Source: Chrysomallon squamiferum
Lineage: Eukaryota > Animalia > Mollusca
Length of the DNA: 64,000 nt
Assembly: GCA_012295275.1 (NCBI GenBank)
Contig: CM022672.1
Span: 30,132,001 to 30,196,000, forward strand
Direction: 5' to 3'
Shown piece after piece: positions 24,919 through 37,734 of the stretch (positions are counted from its first letter, which is position 1; each line of letters begins with the position of its first letter). Both the position numbers and the translations under genes were made by a program. Below the pieces are notes generated by a model that was not told the DNA's origin, made no database searches, and saw only the letters and a program-made list of their open reading frames with translations.

Positions 24919-25035
24919 ACACGAACGAAAGTTTTGATCCACACATTCAACATGTTTTAGAAAATACATTGCATACATTCTGCAATGTATTTTCTAAAAC
25001 ATGTTGGATGTGTGGATCGAAACTTTCGTTAGTGT
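24919..25035. repeat. Near-perfect inverted repeat (55-nt arms, 7-nt loop)
   Basis: 24919-24973 is the reverse complement of 24981-25035 with 3 mismatches. Confidence 0.9.
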
Positions 25036-25435
25036 AACTGTAGTCACAGTAGTGTAAGTTCAATTTTGTATTACTGTCAGTGTCATTGTGTTACAGCTGT
25101 TACAAACTTAAAATAATAATTTATTAATTATTATTATTCCTATATTCTTCTTCTGATTATTATTATTATTATTATTATTTAAATATACCACTATTTTCTT
25201 TTGCAGAAATAAATGTTGGACACTTCAGGACTTCAAGTAATGACAAAAAAAAAAAGGTTGTTAGGGTCAGTAAATTCTAGAAGTGATGGAGAATATGAAA
25301 TTAATTTAACAAAAAACAACAAAAAAAAAACTGAAAAAAAAAAGAAACAAAATCCAGAACAAGGGAAGAGACAAATTTACAGAAAACTTTATCTTAGACG
25401 AGGTGAATACTGGAAGTGATTCAGAGAATTAAAAT

Positions 25436-27547
25436 AAGTCTGCTAAACAAAAAAAAAAGACAAAATCTAAAACAAATGAAAAAATTATCAATTCAAATGA
25501 CGAGTTGTGTGAAACTTCTGAAAATATAGTATGTGAAATGGCATCTTCACCAGAAAAAAATATCTTTGAGACAGTGAATTCCAGAAGTGAAAAAACTAAA
25601 AATACATCAGCTGACAAGATGTGCAAACCTTCTTCTTCAGTAAATGACAACCATGAAGAGACATCAACAACAGAAAACATTATCTTAGGTGATGTGAATT
25701 GTGGAAGTGATCCAGTGGATGGAAACGAGTCTTCTAAAAGTAAAAAAAAGAAAAAGCATAAAACAATGGAAGAAACAGATGAACAAGAGCTGAAACTACC
25801 AACAGACAAATTTCCATTAGAGACAGTGAATTCAGTAAATGAAACAGAAAATGAAAATAAACGAAAGAAAAGAAAAAAAAAGAAAAAATCTAGATCAGAA
25901 GAAGAATTCATTTCAGTAAATCACAAACTTGTGACATCATCAACAGATGATATTATCTTAGATGAAGTGAATTCTGCAAATGAAATGGAAAATGGAAAAC
26001 ACAGAAAAAGGAAAAAAAGGAAAAGATCTAGAACAGTAGAAGAATCTATTGATTCAGATGAAGAGACATGCATACCTTTCACTTCAGTAAAAATCAAACA
26101 TGAAGTGACATCATTAACAGAAAACATCGTAGATCGGACCAACTCAGAAAATGAAAAGAAAAATATGGAAAGAAAAAAAGAGAAAATATCTAGAAATGAA
26201 GAAGAATTCATTGGTTACAAAACTTTCACTCCACAAAATGACAATCATGAAGTCACATCATTGACAGAAAACATCTTAGATGAAGTGAATACTGGAAGTG
26301 ATCTAGACAATGAAAAGAAGTCTTCTAAAAGGAAAAAACACAAAAAATCTAAAATAAGCAAACAATTTATTATTTCAGCTGAAGAGATGTGCAAACCTTC
26401 TTCAGTAAACAACAATCATGAAGAGACATCAACAACAGAAAACATTATCTTAGATGATGTGAATTGTATAAGTGATCCAGAGGATGGAAACAAGTCTGCT
26501 AAACAAAAAAAAAAGACAAAATCTAAAACAAATGAAAAAATTATCAATTCAAATGACGAGTTGTGTGAAACTTCTGAAAATATAGTATGTGAAATGGCAT
26601 CTTCACCAGAAAAAAATATCTTTGAGACAGTGAATTCCAGAAGTGAAAAAACTAAAAATACATCAGCTGACAAGATGTGCAAACCTTCTTCTTCAGTAAA
26701 TGACAACCATGAAGAGACATCAACAACAGAAAACATTATCTTAGGTGATGTGAATTGTGGAAGTGATCCAGTGGATGGAAACGAGTCTTCTAAAAGTAAA
26801 AAAAAGAAAAAGCATAAAACAATGGAAGAAACAGATGAACAAGAGCTGAAACTACCAACAGACAAATTTCCATTAGAGACAGTGAATTCAGTAAATGAAA
26901 CAGAAAATGAAAATAAACGTAAGAAAAGAAAAAAAAAGAAAAAATCTAGATCAGAAGAAGAATTCATTTCAGTAAATCACAAACTTGTGACATCATCAAC
27001 AGATGATATTATCTTAGATGAAGTGAATTCTGCAAATGAAATGGAAAATGGAAAACACAGAAAAAGGAAAAAAAGGAAAAGATCTAGAACAGTAGAAGAA
27101 TCTATTGATTCAGATGAAGAGACATGCATACCTTTCACTTCAGTAAAAATCAAACATGAAGTGACATCATTAACAGAAAACATCGTAGATCGGACCAACT
27201 CAGAAAATGAAAAGAAAAATATGGAAAGAAAAAAAGAGAAAATATCTAGAAATGAAGAAGAATTCATTGGTTACAAAACTTTCACTCCACAAAATGACAA
27301 TCATGAAGTCACATCATTGACAGAAAACATCTTAGATGAAGTGAATACTGGAAGTGATCTAGACAATGAAAAGAAGTCTTCTAAAAGGAAAAAACACAAA
27401 AAATCTAAAATAAGCAAACAATTTATTATTTCAGCTGAAGAGATGTGCAAACCTTCTTCAGTAAACAACAATCATGAAGAGACATCAACAACAGAAAACA
27501 TTATCTTAGATGATGTGAATTCTGTAAGTGATCCAGAGGATGGAAAC
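25436..27547 (+). repeat. 1056-bp (352-codon) near-exact in-frame tandem duplication inside the large exon of paralog A, built from ~50-aa subrepeats
   Basis: 25436-26491 vs 26492-27547 differ only by a synonymous cga/cgt change and a few bases near the end. The antisense ORFs repeat at a +1056 offset. Subrepeat: HE(E/V)TS.TENI.LD.VN...D.E.G.KS.K.KKKK. Confidence 0.95.
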
Positions 27548-29801
27548 AAATATTCTAAAAGGAAAAAAAAGAAAAAGCATAAAACAGTGGAAGAAACAGA
27601 CAAACAAGCGCTGAAACCACCAACAGATAAATTTCCATTAGACACAATGAATTCAGAGGATGGAAAAAAGTCTTCTAAAAGGAAAAAAAAGAAAAAGTCT
27701 AAAACAAAAGAATTCATTGATTCCTCTTCATTAAACGAACACCATGAAGCAACATCATTGACGGAAGGTGCTCCAGCAGATGTTAATGTAGTTGATGCGA
27801 ATAAGAATGTGTTGGTGAAGAAACCGATTATTCCACTGTGGGTGCCAGATGAGGTATCGGAGATTATTCATGGCACTAACACACTAAACGAAACTTTAAA
27901 GAGAAATTCTCGTTATCTACTACAAAATTTTGGTTAGTTTTTTAATTCTACCAGTATTTTCCCAGTCCTGCCTGTGTGTTAGATTTATGTCTTTTCACAG
28001 CTTCTGTGCGTGTGTGTGCGTGTGTGATCCATTCTTGCTGACCCTAAGAGAGTGGTGTATCACAAGCCTGTTTGTATGGTTCCTGCTGAATGGTCCTTAA
28101 TCAATTGGTACAAAAAATTATTAGTATTAAGTGCTGCTGTGAGAATTGGTTCATGTTCATGTTCATGTAATTAAAAATTCCTTTTTACTGTTATCAGTTC
28201 TTCAACAGTTGTTTTATGTCTGTATCGTTAAAATAAAAATGAATATATCTATATATATATCAGAAAATATGTATTAACAGGAAATATGCATAATGCCTCA
28301 GTATTTCATAAAATGTGTGTAATATCTGATTCACTCAGTAAACTAGCTGAAAAGAAAACCATTTAAACATTTCCAGGCATACGGGTTAGAAAAGGATTAT
28401 GGACACCGGAAGAAGATCGAATTTTGAAGAAGAATTACAAAAGAGCTTTGAAGGTTTGCATTACTGTTTGTGTGTTGTGTATGTGCTTTATAAGTAAATT
28501 TATCTGGATTCAGCAATTCAGGAAATTAACACAACTATTGAACGTTGACTACTCCAGCCATAAACATGACATCAAATTGTCACAAGTAGTTAATCTCTCT
28601 CTTTATAAATTGTGTTATTTTAATTGTTTATCTTGTTGTCTTTAACCCAATAGCCAATACCTTGTTCATGCTGGGCTGTCATTATTCATTCATTCTTGTG
28701 TTGATTCATTTATGTAGCTAGTGTTTCTGAGCTCGTATTCAGCAACACTAAATATGTTGGCAACATGTTAAAATTTAATACTGTCAGTAAATGCCTTTCG
28801 GCAGGCTTTCCCAATCCTGAGAAAGCACCCACACAGGAGAAATCAGCTCAGTTAAGATCTGTCAAAAAATTCATTACTCTTTTTCTTATTAATGCCTTTT
28901 AAAAAACAGCATCAGAAACCAGAAACAAAGTTGTTAGCAATAGTTAAATTCTTTCCACAGTTCTTTGTGTGTGTGTGTGTTGTTGTTGTTGTTTTGTGGG
29001 TTTTTTAATGTTTTGTTTTTGGCGGTAAGACTTGTTCGTGTGTATTTGGTTTTGATAAATGTGGCACGAAATGTGTATATGTGTATACAAGTTTGTCTTG
29101 TATGTGTGTTTGTGTACATACACATACTTACATATAAAATGTTGGCTGGTATAAAAAGTAACAACAAGAAATATTTTATTACATAATTTGGATTTTTGTT
29201 TTTAAATCTAGTCCTGAGAACTAATTACAAATGTATTTATTTTTTCTTTATGGAATACATTTTCGACATTGCAAAATTAAAAATTGATTGGTTTCTTTTT
29301 ATTCGTTGTCCAGGATATATGTAAAGATGATCGCAAGTATATTTTATGCATAACAAGGGAATCACCCTTTGAGTTACAAAGGCGAATTAGGGATATTATG
29401 TGGGAAACACGTTTCTACAGCAAACTTGGTAAGCTTATTTTATTCTTCAGTTTTCACGTTTCTGCTGATTCTTTGTTTTATTACTTCTGTTTTTTCATTC
29501 CTCTTATTTCTTGTTTTTCTTCCACCTTTTTCTTTCATCTTACTTCAGTGTTTTTTTCTTTCTTATTGTCTTTCTTATTTCATATTCACCTGTCTCTTTA
29601 TTTCTTCATATTCTTCATTCCTTGTTTTCTTTTATTACTTCTCCTGTTGTCTTATTATTCACTTTTCTAGTATCTTATTACTTTCCATTCATCTTGTTTT
29701 TATTTGTTAGTCTTGTTTCTTTTTATTCCTTGCTCTCTTTTTTATTGTTTTCTTTTATTTTTGTTTTTATATTTTGTTTCTCTGTTCATTTTTCAACACA
29801 G

Positions 29802-29850
<49 letters not shown>

Positions 29851-32800
29851 CAGAGAGAGAAGATATTTTATGTTCTTGTTATTTATTTTTCTCATTTTCA
29901 CGTATTTACCAGAGATATCGTTTGCACATTCCACTTTCATCTTTATTGTTTCATTTTTCTTACTTTTTATTTCAGCTCTTACATGAGATACATTTCAACA
30001 TTTCTACTCATTATTTGACTTCAGTTGTTTTATTTTTAATTTTTTATTATTATTATTTATTTTATTTTTATGTTGTTTTTATTTATTATTTTTTTTTTTA
30101 ACTGTAATACTTTCTTTTTTAATATAATAATTTATTTATGCTCTAGTGTTTAAGTTATGAATTAGCATTAGTGTTTCAAATACATATTCAAAATGGGTAT
30201 AGTATACACTAACTTTAAGTTATCTGTTTAAATTTATTAATTTCCTTTTTTTTTATTAATATTTATTTTGTTTGCTGATATAAGAAATATAATAGTATAC
30301 AAATGTTTTCTGACAACAGAGTATCATTGAGTTTTTTATTTTCAAATATTTACCACCATATCAAACAACATCCCTGATTTATTTTTTAACAAGAATTATA
30401 AATTTCACAGGTACCATTTTGAATAACAAGAATTATATTTCAGTTTAAATTTTGATATCCATCACAAATTCTTTCTTCTGTAGTCTGAGCCACTGATGAT
30501 GTCATATCCATATCCAAAGGATAACCAATGTTAAACGTTTTTTAAGTTAGATTTTTTAATTTTAATTTTAAATTTTTTTCTTTTTTTTTTCCTTTATATA
30601 TTATTTTATTATTATCATTGTTGAAATTTTTTTATAAATAAATAAATCTTCAGACTGCATATGTTAGTCAGTCTGAGCCACTGATGATGTCATATCCATA
30701 TCCAAAGGATAACCAATGTTAAACGTTTTTTAAGTTAGATTTTTTAATTTTAATTTTAAATTTTTTTCTCTTTTTTTTTCCTTTATATATTATTTTATTA
30801 TTATTATTGTTGAAGTTTTGGATTTTTTTTTTTTTTTTTTTTTTTAAATAAATCTTCATTGTTTTAGACTATATTATTTTATTATTATTATTGTTAAACG
30901 TTTTTTTTTGATTTTTTAATTTTAATTTTAAATTTTTTTTTTTTTTTTTTTTTCCTTTTATAGTTTTTTATTTTTTTTTTTTTCTTTTTGTTATAAATAA
31001 ATAAATCTTCATTGTTTTAGACTGCATATGTTATTTTCAATAAAATATTTATTATCATTACATTGTTTTAAATATTTACCACTATTTTTGGGGAAATAAA
31101 ACTTTTACGATAATACATTGTATTTATATTTGAACTCTGCAAGAATTGTCATACAGAGAAAATTTCAGTAACTGGATTTTACTGTATAATATTACATATT
31201 AGTGAAAATAGTAGTTTGTTCTGACTTACTAGTTTGACAGGTTTTTATTTTTAACAAGAAACCTTAGGACTATGAATACATCATGATATTTTGTAAACTT
31301 AAGATTAAATCTTTCTTCTTCAGCATCATTTCTTTTTAAGTTGACACAAGTAAATTAAGATTAATTCAACAGGTTTAAAACATTTCAACATATAATTTTC
31401 CAAGATATCATAAAAATATTTTGGTTAACAATTATTTCTTCTTCTTTTTTTCTGTTTTTAAATTTATTTATTTATTTTTTAGTCACTAGTTATAAACGAT
31501 CAGTGTTGTAAATATGATTGGGTAAGAGCGACATTACTGAGCATGTTTTATTATTGCTACAAAGAGAGTGTTTACCAAAGATAGAGGAAAACATTATTTT
31601 ATCTCCTTCCTACAAGAAAATAAAATAATTAAATAAAAATAAATAAAATTAAGTAGATGAAAAACACAAATCAAGCTCGCTAATTATTTATAGTTCAGAA
31701 AGTGTTACTGCAAAAAAATAAAAATAAAAAACAAACAAAAAAACAACAACATAATAATAATAAAAGGAAACCCCATTCCTCTTTATATGAAGTGTTAGTT
31801 TTGTATATTTCAAACAAAAATTTACACAATGTTTTAACATAGTTATTTGTGTTTTATGAACAGAAATTATTAGAAGCAAACGAGATCCATTTGAATCATA
31901 TTAGTTTTTGATTATTTATTTATAACATTGCAGATATGTGTCAATAGAAACAAAAAAAATATATTGGAAATACGCCAAATTATTGTAGGTGCGCAAAGCA
32001 TTAAAGACAGACAAATTTTTAAAACATTTACTACATGCCATATTTGTTTCTTGTGTTACAGGTAAGAACTTGAACAGAACACCAAATTCATGCCTAAGAA
32101 GAGCCAAACATATTTTTCAGCAATACAAAGTCAGTGGAAGGTGAATATTGTTTTATACTAGCTAAAGAGTGCTTCAGTATTAGATAATTCAGGTAGAGCT
32201 ATTTTAATAATGTACCGTTAATGGGTGTAGTGTGTGTGTGTCTCTCAGTTTCACACACACACACACTGATGTATATGGAGACACAAAAACATAAACACAT
32301 GGACACAAACACAGTTACACATACGTACATACAGATATACACGTGCACATGCATAATGTATATGCATACCTTTTACACAGAGACACAGTTACACAGTTAC
32401 ATACATACAGATATACACGTGCACATGCATAATGTGTATGCATACCTTTTACACAGAGACATACACAGATAGATACACACACACACACTGACACACAGAC
32501 AGTTATGGACATAAAATGTTGCAGGTTTACAGAGGAGGAGAAGCAGGAATTGGAGAGACTTGTAGACGAGTATGGACACCAGTGGCGCAAAATAGGAAGA
32601 ATGATGGGAAGGTCTGCTGATTCTGTGTCTACCTTCTACTACCAGATAAGAAGCAAAGGAGGTGAGACTTCTATTATAGTGTTTCCCCCAGACTGAAAAA
32701 GGGGCAGGATGCAGGTAGAAAAAGTGACTTCTTCTTTTTGTTTTTTTCATATTACCTGTCTTCAAAATAGCACTGTTGATAAGGTGTCCTAATCAAACTT

Positions 32801-34257
32801 TCATAATTATTTGCTTGACAGACCAGTGCCTGCAGATGACAGTAATTATAGACTCATTAATTAGAATGTTTGCGGAATTTTTTATTTTTATTTTTATTTT
32901 TTGGTGATGCAATATACTATGGTTGGCACTGAAATTAAACCAGATATTTATTTATTTATTTATTTATTTGTTTGTTTGTTAATAAAGGTAAAGGAAGATT
33001 CTCAGATCTAGAGAGACAACAACTGTGTGAGGCTGTAGAAGATGTAATGAAAAAGTACAATATTCCTAGTGACCAGTACCAACATCTTCCCTGGGCAGAG
33101 ATAGCCAGCAAAGTGCCCACTCGGACAGTGCGTCAGTGCAAGAAACACTGGTTTGTCCACTACCTGGTCAGTGAATCGGCACTGGCCATTTGTTTTGTCT
33201 TCTGCCTCTCGTAAAAGAGAAATGTTTTGAAATTAGTTTTTTGTTTCAGAGTCCTGTTATAATAGAAATATGACACTGATCATTAAGACATTATGGTAAT
33301 GATGTTGGAAAACCAATTTCATTGAAATATTTAATGATTAGGCCATCGTGGAGTATTTGTGTGTGGATGTGTTTCTTTCTTATATCTTTTTTTTTCTCCA
33401 GTGTTAACTTAAGGCAGCAGATCGTCATGTTGTTTCTATTATAAAACAGATTACATATAAAAAAGAAAACATTTCAACTAATGACAAACTACTTTTCCAA
33501 ATATTGTTTTAATCCAGGCTCAGATTTTTTTATAAATATAAACAAATACATCAGATCAGCATTTAACACAACAAATTAAGATAGTTTGTAAAAGTGATAG
33601 ATCCTTGTATTCACTTCATTTTGTTTTATTTTCTTGCAGGCTTTTTCGTATTCATGATGACGATAAAAAACGTAAACGAGTATTTGACAAGACAGAAAAC
33701 AAAAGATTGTTCATTAAACTGTGAGTAATATACTTCTGGCAGTAGTTCACTTCTCATTCATAGGACTCTGGTTCACTGCTCTTAATGGAGTCTGAGTGAA
33801 CATTCCTTTGATTTAGTAACTAATTATATCTCGAACAAAAATTGTTTCTAACAAAATAGCTAAATATATTATTTTAAATCTTTAAAATTGTTTGTTATCA
33901 TAGATAATTAATATTTTGATAAAAAAAAAAATATTAAAACTCAAGTTTTAACAATTTATGAATCACCAGTTACTGTATCTTTCTTTCTTATGTAAATGTC
34001 AATTTCAGGATCAAAATACAAAAATTCCTATAAATATAAAAAAAATGATGTATTTCCCTGTGTTTTTTTTTTTCATCTGTGGTGGTTTTTGTTTCAGAAT
34101 AAATGAAGTTGAAGCAGCTCATGAGTTTGACATTGACTGGTCTGAGATTGCCAAGAAATTTGGCAAGTAAGTTTAGTGGTGAAGTCTCACCACTTCACAA
34201 TAGACAGATACTGAGTTCGTATCCCTGCACATGCTTCTGAGTCAGAACTCGTTTACA

Positions 34258-34305
<48 letters not shown>

Positions 34306-35486
34306 CGAGAGCGAATGCGCGCTATGGCTATTTATTTCATATATCATGCAGTCCTGAATAAAAACATTATATTAAAATTCAAAAGTGGCTTTACATTTTG
34401 TAATTAAATAGAGTTAGTTGATTTTATTCATTAAAATTAGACAATGAAAATTTTTTATTTTGTAAACATTGAGATTCATTCTTTTTTATCAATTATTATC
34501 ATTTAAATTAGTTTAAATCAATATTTTTTAATTACAATTCAAATTGAGTCTTTATTTTATTTTTATTTAAATTACAGTTTAAATGAAGATCTTTAAAATT
34601 TCAGTTTAAATCAGGTTTTTTTTATGACAGTTTAATTAGATATTTTTAAACTACAGTTTAAATGACTAGTTACAAAAGCTGATAATTATGTCTACTAATA
34701 TCTGTTAAATTTTATTTACAGCAAGGCAACACCAAAGTATTTACAGTCTTACTGGGGTAGATTGACGAGACATTTTGTTCCTGATTGTAACACAATGACT
34801 TTTGATGGTATGATTTTAATTTTTTCATTTATTATGATTATTTATTTATTTATCACTTCTTTTGATGACCTTTTATGTTTTTTGTTTTTTATTTTTGTCT
34901 TTTTTTTCTTCTTTCTTTTCTTCAGTGAACACTTACGGTCACCATCATCATCATCACCATTTTTATTATTATTATTATTATTTATTATTATTTTTGCTAT
35001 TTATTGTTACTATTATTAATTATTATTATTATTATTATTATTATTATTTTTACTATTTATTATTACTATTACTAATATTATTTTAGAGTCTTATTTTTGT
35101 TATTTTTTTATAGTTACTCTAGTTTTTAAAATGTTAATACTTTTTATTATTATTTACATTTTTATTAACTATCTTTGTATTAATATGTAAATTGCAGAGT
35201 TCAGATGTGATACTGTTCACAACATAAAAGTTTTTATTCTAAATACATAGTTACATATTCAATTTTATTATTATATTTTGCTTTGTGATCCTGTTACGGT
35301 ACATTTTTTTGTTATTTAGACATATAATGCCTGAGATCTTTGCATATTCATCAATTTATTACTCTATTTTGTCCATTATTAATCATTTTATTATTATCAT
35401 AAATCTTTCTATTATTATTATTATTCTATATTTCAGAAATTCGAAAATATCTCTACAAAAAATATTCCTGCCTTCCAATAAAATAA
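25538..35486 (+). CDS. TTF1/Reb1/DMTF1-family Myb-domain protein, paralog A (Lys-rich repetitive N-terminus, ~1083 aa from ATG 25538)
   Basis: Exons (25207)25538-27932, 28377-28453, 29314-29428, 32062-32140, 32525-32661, 32988-33150, 33640-33720, 34098-34166, 34722-34807, 35437-35486 join in frame. Myb repeats KGLWTPEEDRIL, GRFTEEEKQEL..YGHQWRKIGRMMGRS, KGRFSDLE..LPWAEIASKVPTRT..QCKKHW, DIDWSEIA are collinear with TTF1. The start codon is uncertain. Confidence 0.8.
30482..31030. repeat. ~188-nt intronic tandem duplication (2 copies + partial third)
   Basis: agtctgagccactgatgatgtcatatccatatccaaaggataaccaatgttaaacg occurs at 30482 and 30670. Paralog B has a single related copy (~46990). Confidence 0.75.
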
Positions 35487-37253
35487 TTTTGTATGTATAT
35501 ATACATATAATACATATAAATAAATGCCATACTAAATGGATGGATGGAATCACAGATCACACACATATATCACATGTGAGATTTGAATCAAAGACCTGGC
35601 ATTATTTGAAAATATTTTAGGTTCTGTCTTTGTCTTGAAACATCACTTATGACAGAGATTTTTCTCACTATGCCATGCTGTGGAAGTGATTTTGAAAATG
35701 ACAGTTTGTCAGTTACTCAAATGTGACTGGATGAAGAATCAGATACAAATCTCCATGTTTTCATTAAGATTTTCTGACTGTTAAAAATTACAAATGTATG
35801 TACAAAATATGATGAAGCAGTTAAGAAAGTATTCTCTCATAGAAATGCATATGAGTTCATGCATGTGTGTATGTGTATATATTTCAGTATGAAAAACTGG
35901 TATGTGAAGATGTTCTTGTTCCAGAATGTATAAGGTTTTATGTAAGAAAGGTGAAGCTGTGCATAATAATATTCATCTTTACTGTATTAAGTTTGAAAAA
36001 AGCAAATTTTAATATTTCTTCATGAGACGGAATGGGTTTCGTACATGTATATCTATGTGTAATAAAATATATGGACATCATAACAGTGTATCATGTGTAT
36101 CTGTTTCTTTGATTTGTACCAAAATAGAAATTAAAAGATAAAATTAAAGGATTATATTATTAATAAGAACCATACAGTTTTAGATTATTATACCCACATG
36201 CATACCATGTAAATTCTGCATGTCACACTTTAAAAAAAAATTTAACCTTGAGTACACAAGAAAATAACAAAGCATGTTATGTTGCTAATCATCAGTAGAA
36301 ACCAAACTGTATAGAGGATGTTTTAATCATACTGTTTTTATTAACATCATTTACAGCATACTTAGCTTCAACAACATATACTATATTTTTGAATAATTGT
36401 ATAGAAATATATCTTTTTTTTCTTTTTTTATTTTCTGCTATAACTTTGACATAAATTTTTAGTTTGTTTTATTAATTTTAATTTCCATCAAAATGTCAAA
36501 AGGCAAGCCTGATTTTAAAATTGTATTATTATTTTCAATTTATTCAGTTTTTTCCAAGCATGTATATATATGTTTGTGTCTGTGCGTATGTGAAAAATTG
36601 TAATAAAAATTGTATAGGGACATTCCGTGTCATATCACCCAGTGGTTTAAACTTGGCCATCTCAGGTGTTTTAAGATCTAGACCAGCAATCAAACAACAA
36701 AGTAATAACTTTAATAATATACTTAGATAATCAGCAAGAAATTCAATGAAGTAGAAATAGTTCCATCCCATAAAGCTATATTTCTGGTCTAGTACTAATT
36801 ATACTAACACTCCCTCTACATTACAATTATATCTCCTACTACCTATTGCCGCTACTACTACTACTACTACTACATCTATGAGACTACTTCCACGATTTCT
36901 ACTACTACTTGTAGCATTAATATTGCTTTAATTATCGTTATAGATTATTATTATCATTGTTATTGTTATCATCATCATCATCATTATTATTATTATTACT
37001 AGCAGTATTAGTAATAATACTAGTACTACTACTAAAATACAAATACTTCTACGGGTATTACAACACTGATACTTTTACAACAACCTTTACTATTATTACT
37101 TCAACTACTATTACATCTAATATAAGAATAGTGGTACATTTACTAGTACTGTGACCGCTATATTTTAAAATAATACAGTAATTATGCCGGAGATAAAACT
37201 AGTCTGGAGATCAGTTCAGTTCAGTTCAGTTCACTGTGCTGTTTCATGACACT

Positions 37254-37630
37254 GATGGCTGTGCTGAACGTATGAAAACAAGAACAATTTGATAACCTGT
37301 GCCATCATGAAGAGCACTTTGAGTTGGAAGGTGAATGGAACATTTTTGTGGCAAGCCATGGCAAAAGTGCCTGTGATGGAACTGGAGGGGATGGTGACGA
37401 GGTTGCTGATAAAGGCAAGTTTACAGCGTCCCTACACTGACCCAGTCCTGAACAGTGAGGCTATGATGGACTACTGCATCAAATGTATTCCAGGTATCAC
37501 ACCAGAACACAGCAAAGCATGAGTTGGAACTACAAGGGAGGTTTCAAGTGGCCAAAACGGTTAAGGGAACAGCAATTTCTCCGGTTAGTTCCAGTGTCTA
37601 AGTCAAAGATGCATGCCTACAAACTGAGCC
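37254..37630 (+). mobile_element. Degenerate DDD-type transposase fragment (Sola-like, tentative)
   Basis: Frameshifted translation reads DGCA..Y.NKN..NLCHHEEHFELEGEWNIFVASHGKSACDGTGG..RL..KASLQRP, matching the DGC..QYKN / SHGK.pCDG.GG motif pair of invertebrate transposases. Confidence 0.55.
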
Positions 37631-37734
37631 TAATAATATAGTAAAAACAATTGAAATGTTAAAACATAAAAATTTAGATAATAGCATTAGTCGGTACAAA
37701 TAATAATACTGTAAAAACAATTAAACCGGCAAGT

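Noticed and set aside
25429-27717. Antisense Phe/Ser-rich ORFs
   Set aside because: Shadows of the Lys/Glu-rich sense exon.
28022-28115. Possible H/ACA snoRNA (two hairpins, terminal ACA) in the Myb-gene intron
   Set aside because: There is no ANANNA H box between the hairpins, and conservation in paralog B is uninformative because the duplication is recent.
28800-28900. Extra exon candidate (gcag|GCTTTCCCAATCC...)
   Set aside because: It has no convincing donor and the phase-0 frame hits a stop. The protein aligns without it.
30482-30540. Possible C/D snoRNA (TGATGA)
   Set aside because: There is no properly placed downstream CTGA or terminal stem, and the motif is altered in paralog B.
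33298-33326. SECIS-like ATGA...AAAA...GA motif
   Set aside because: It is intronic, helix II is too short, and the host gene has no in-frame TGA.
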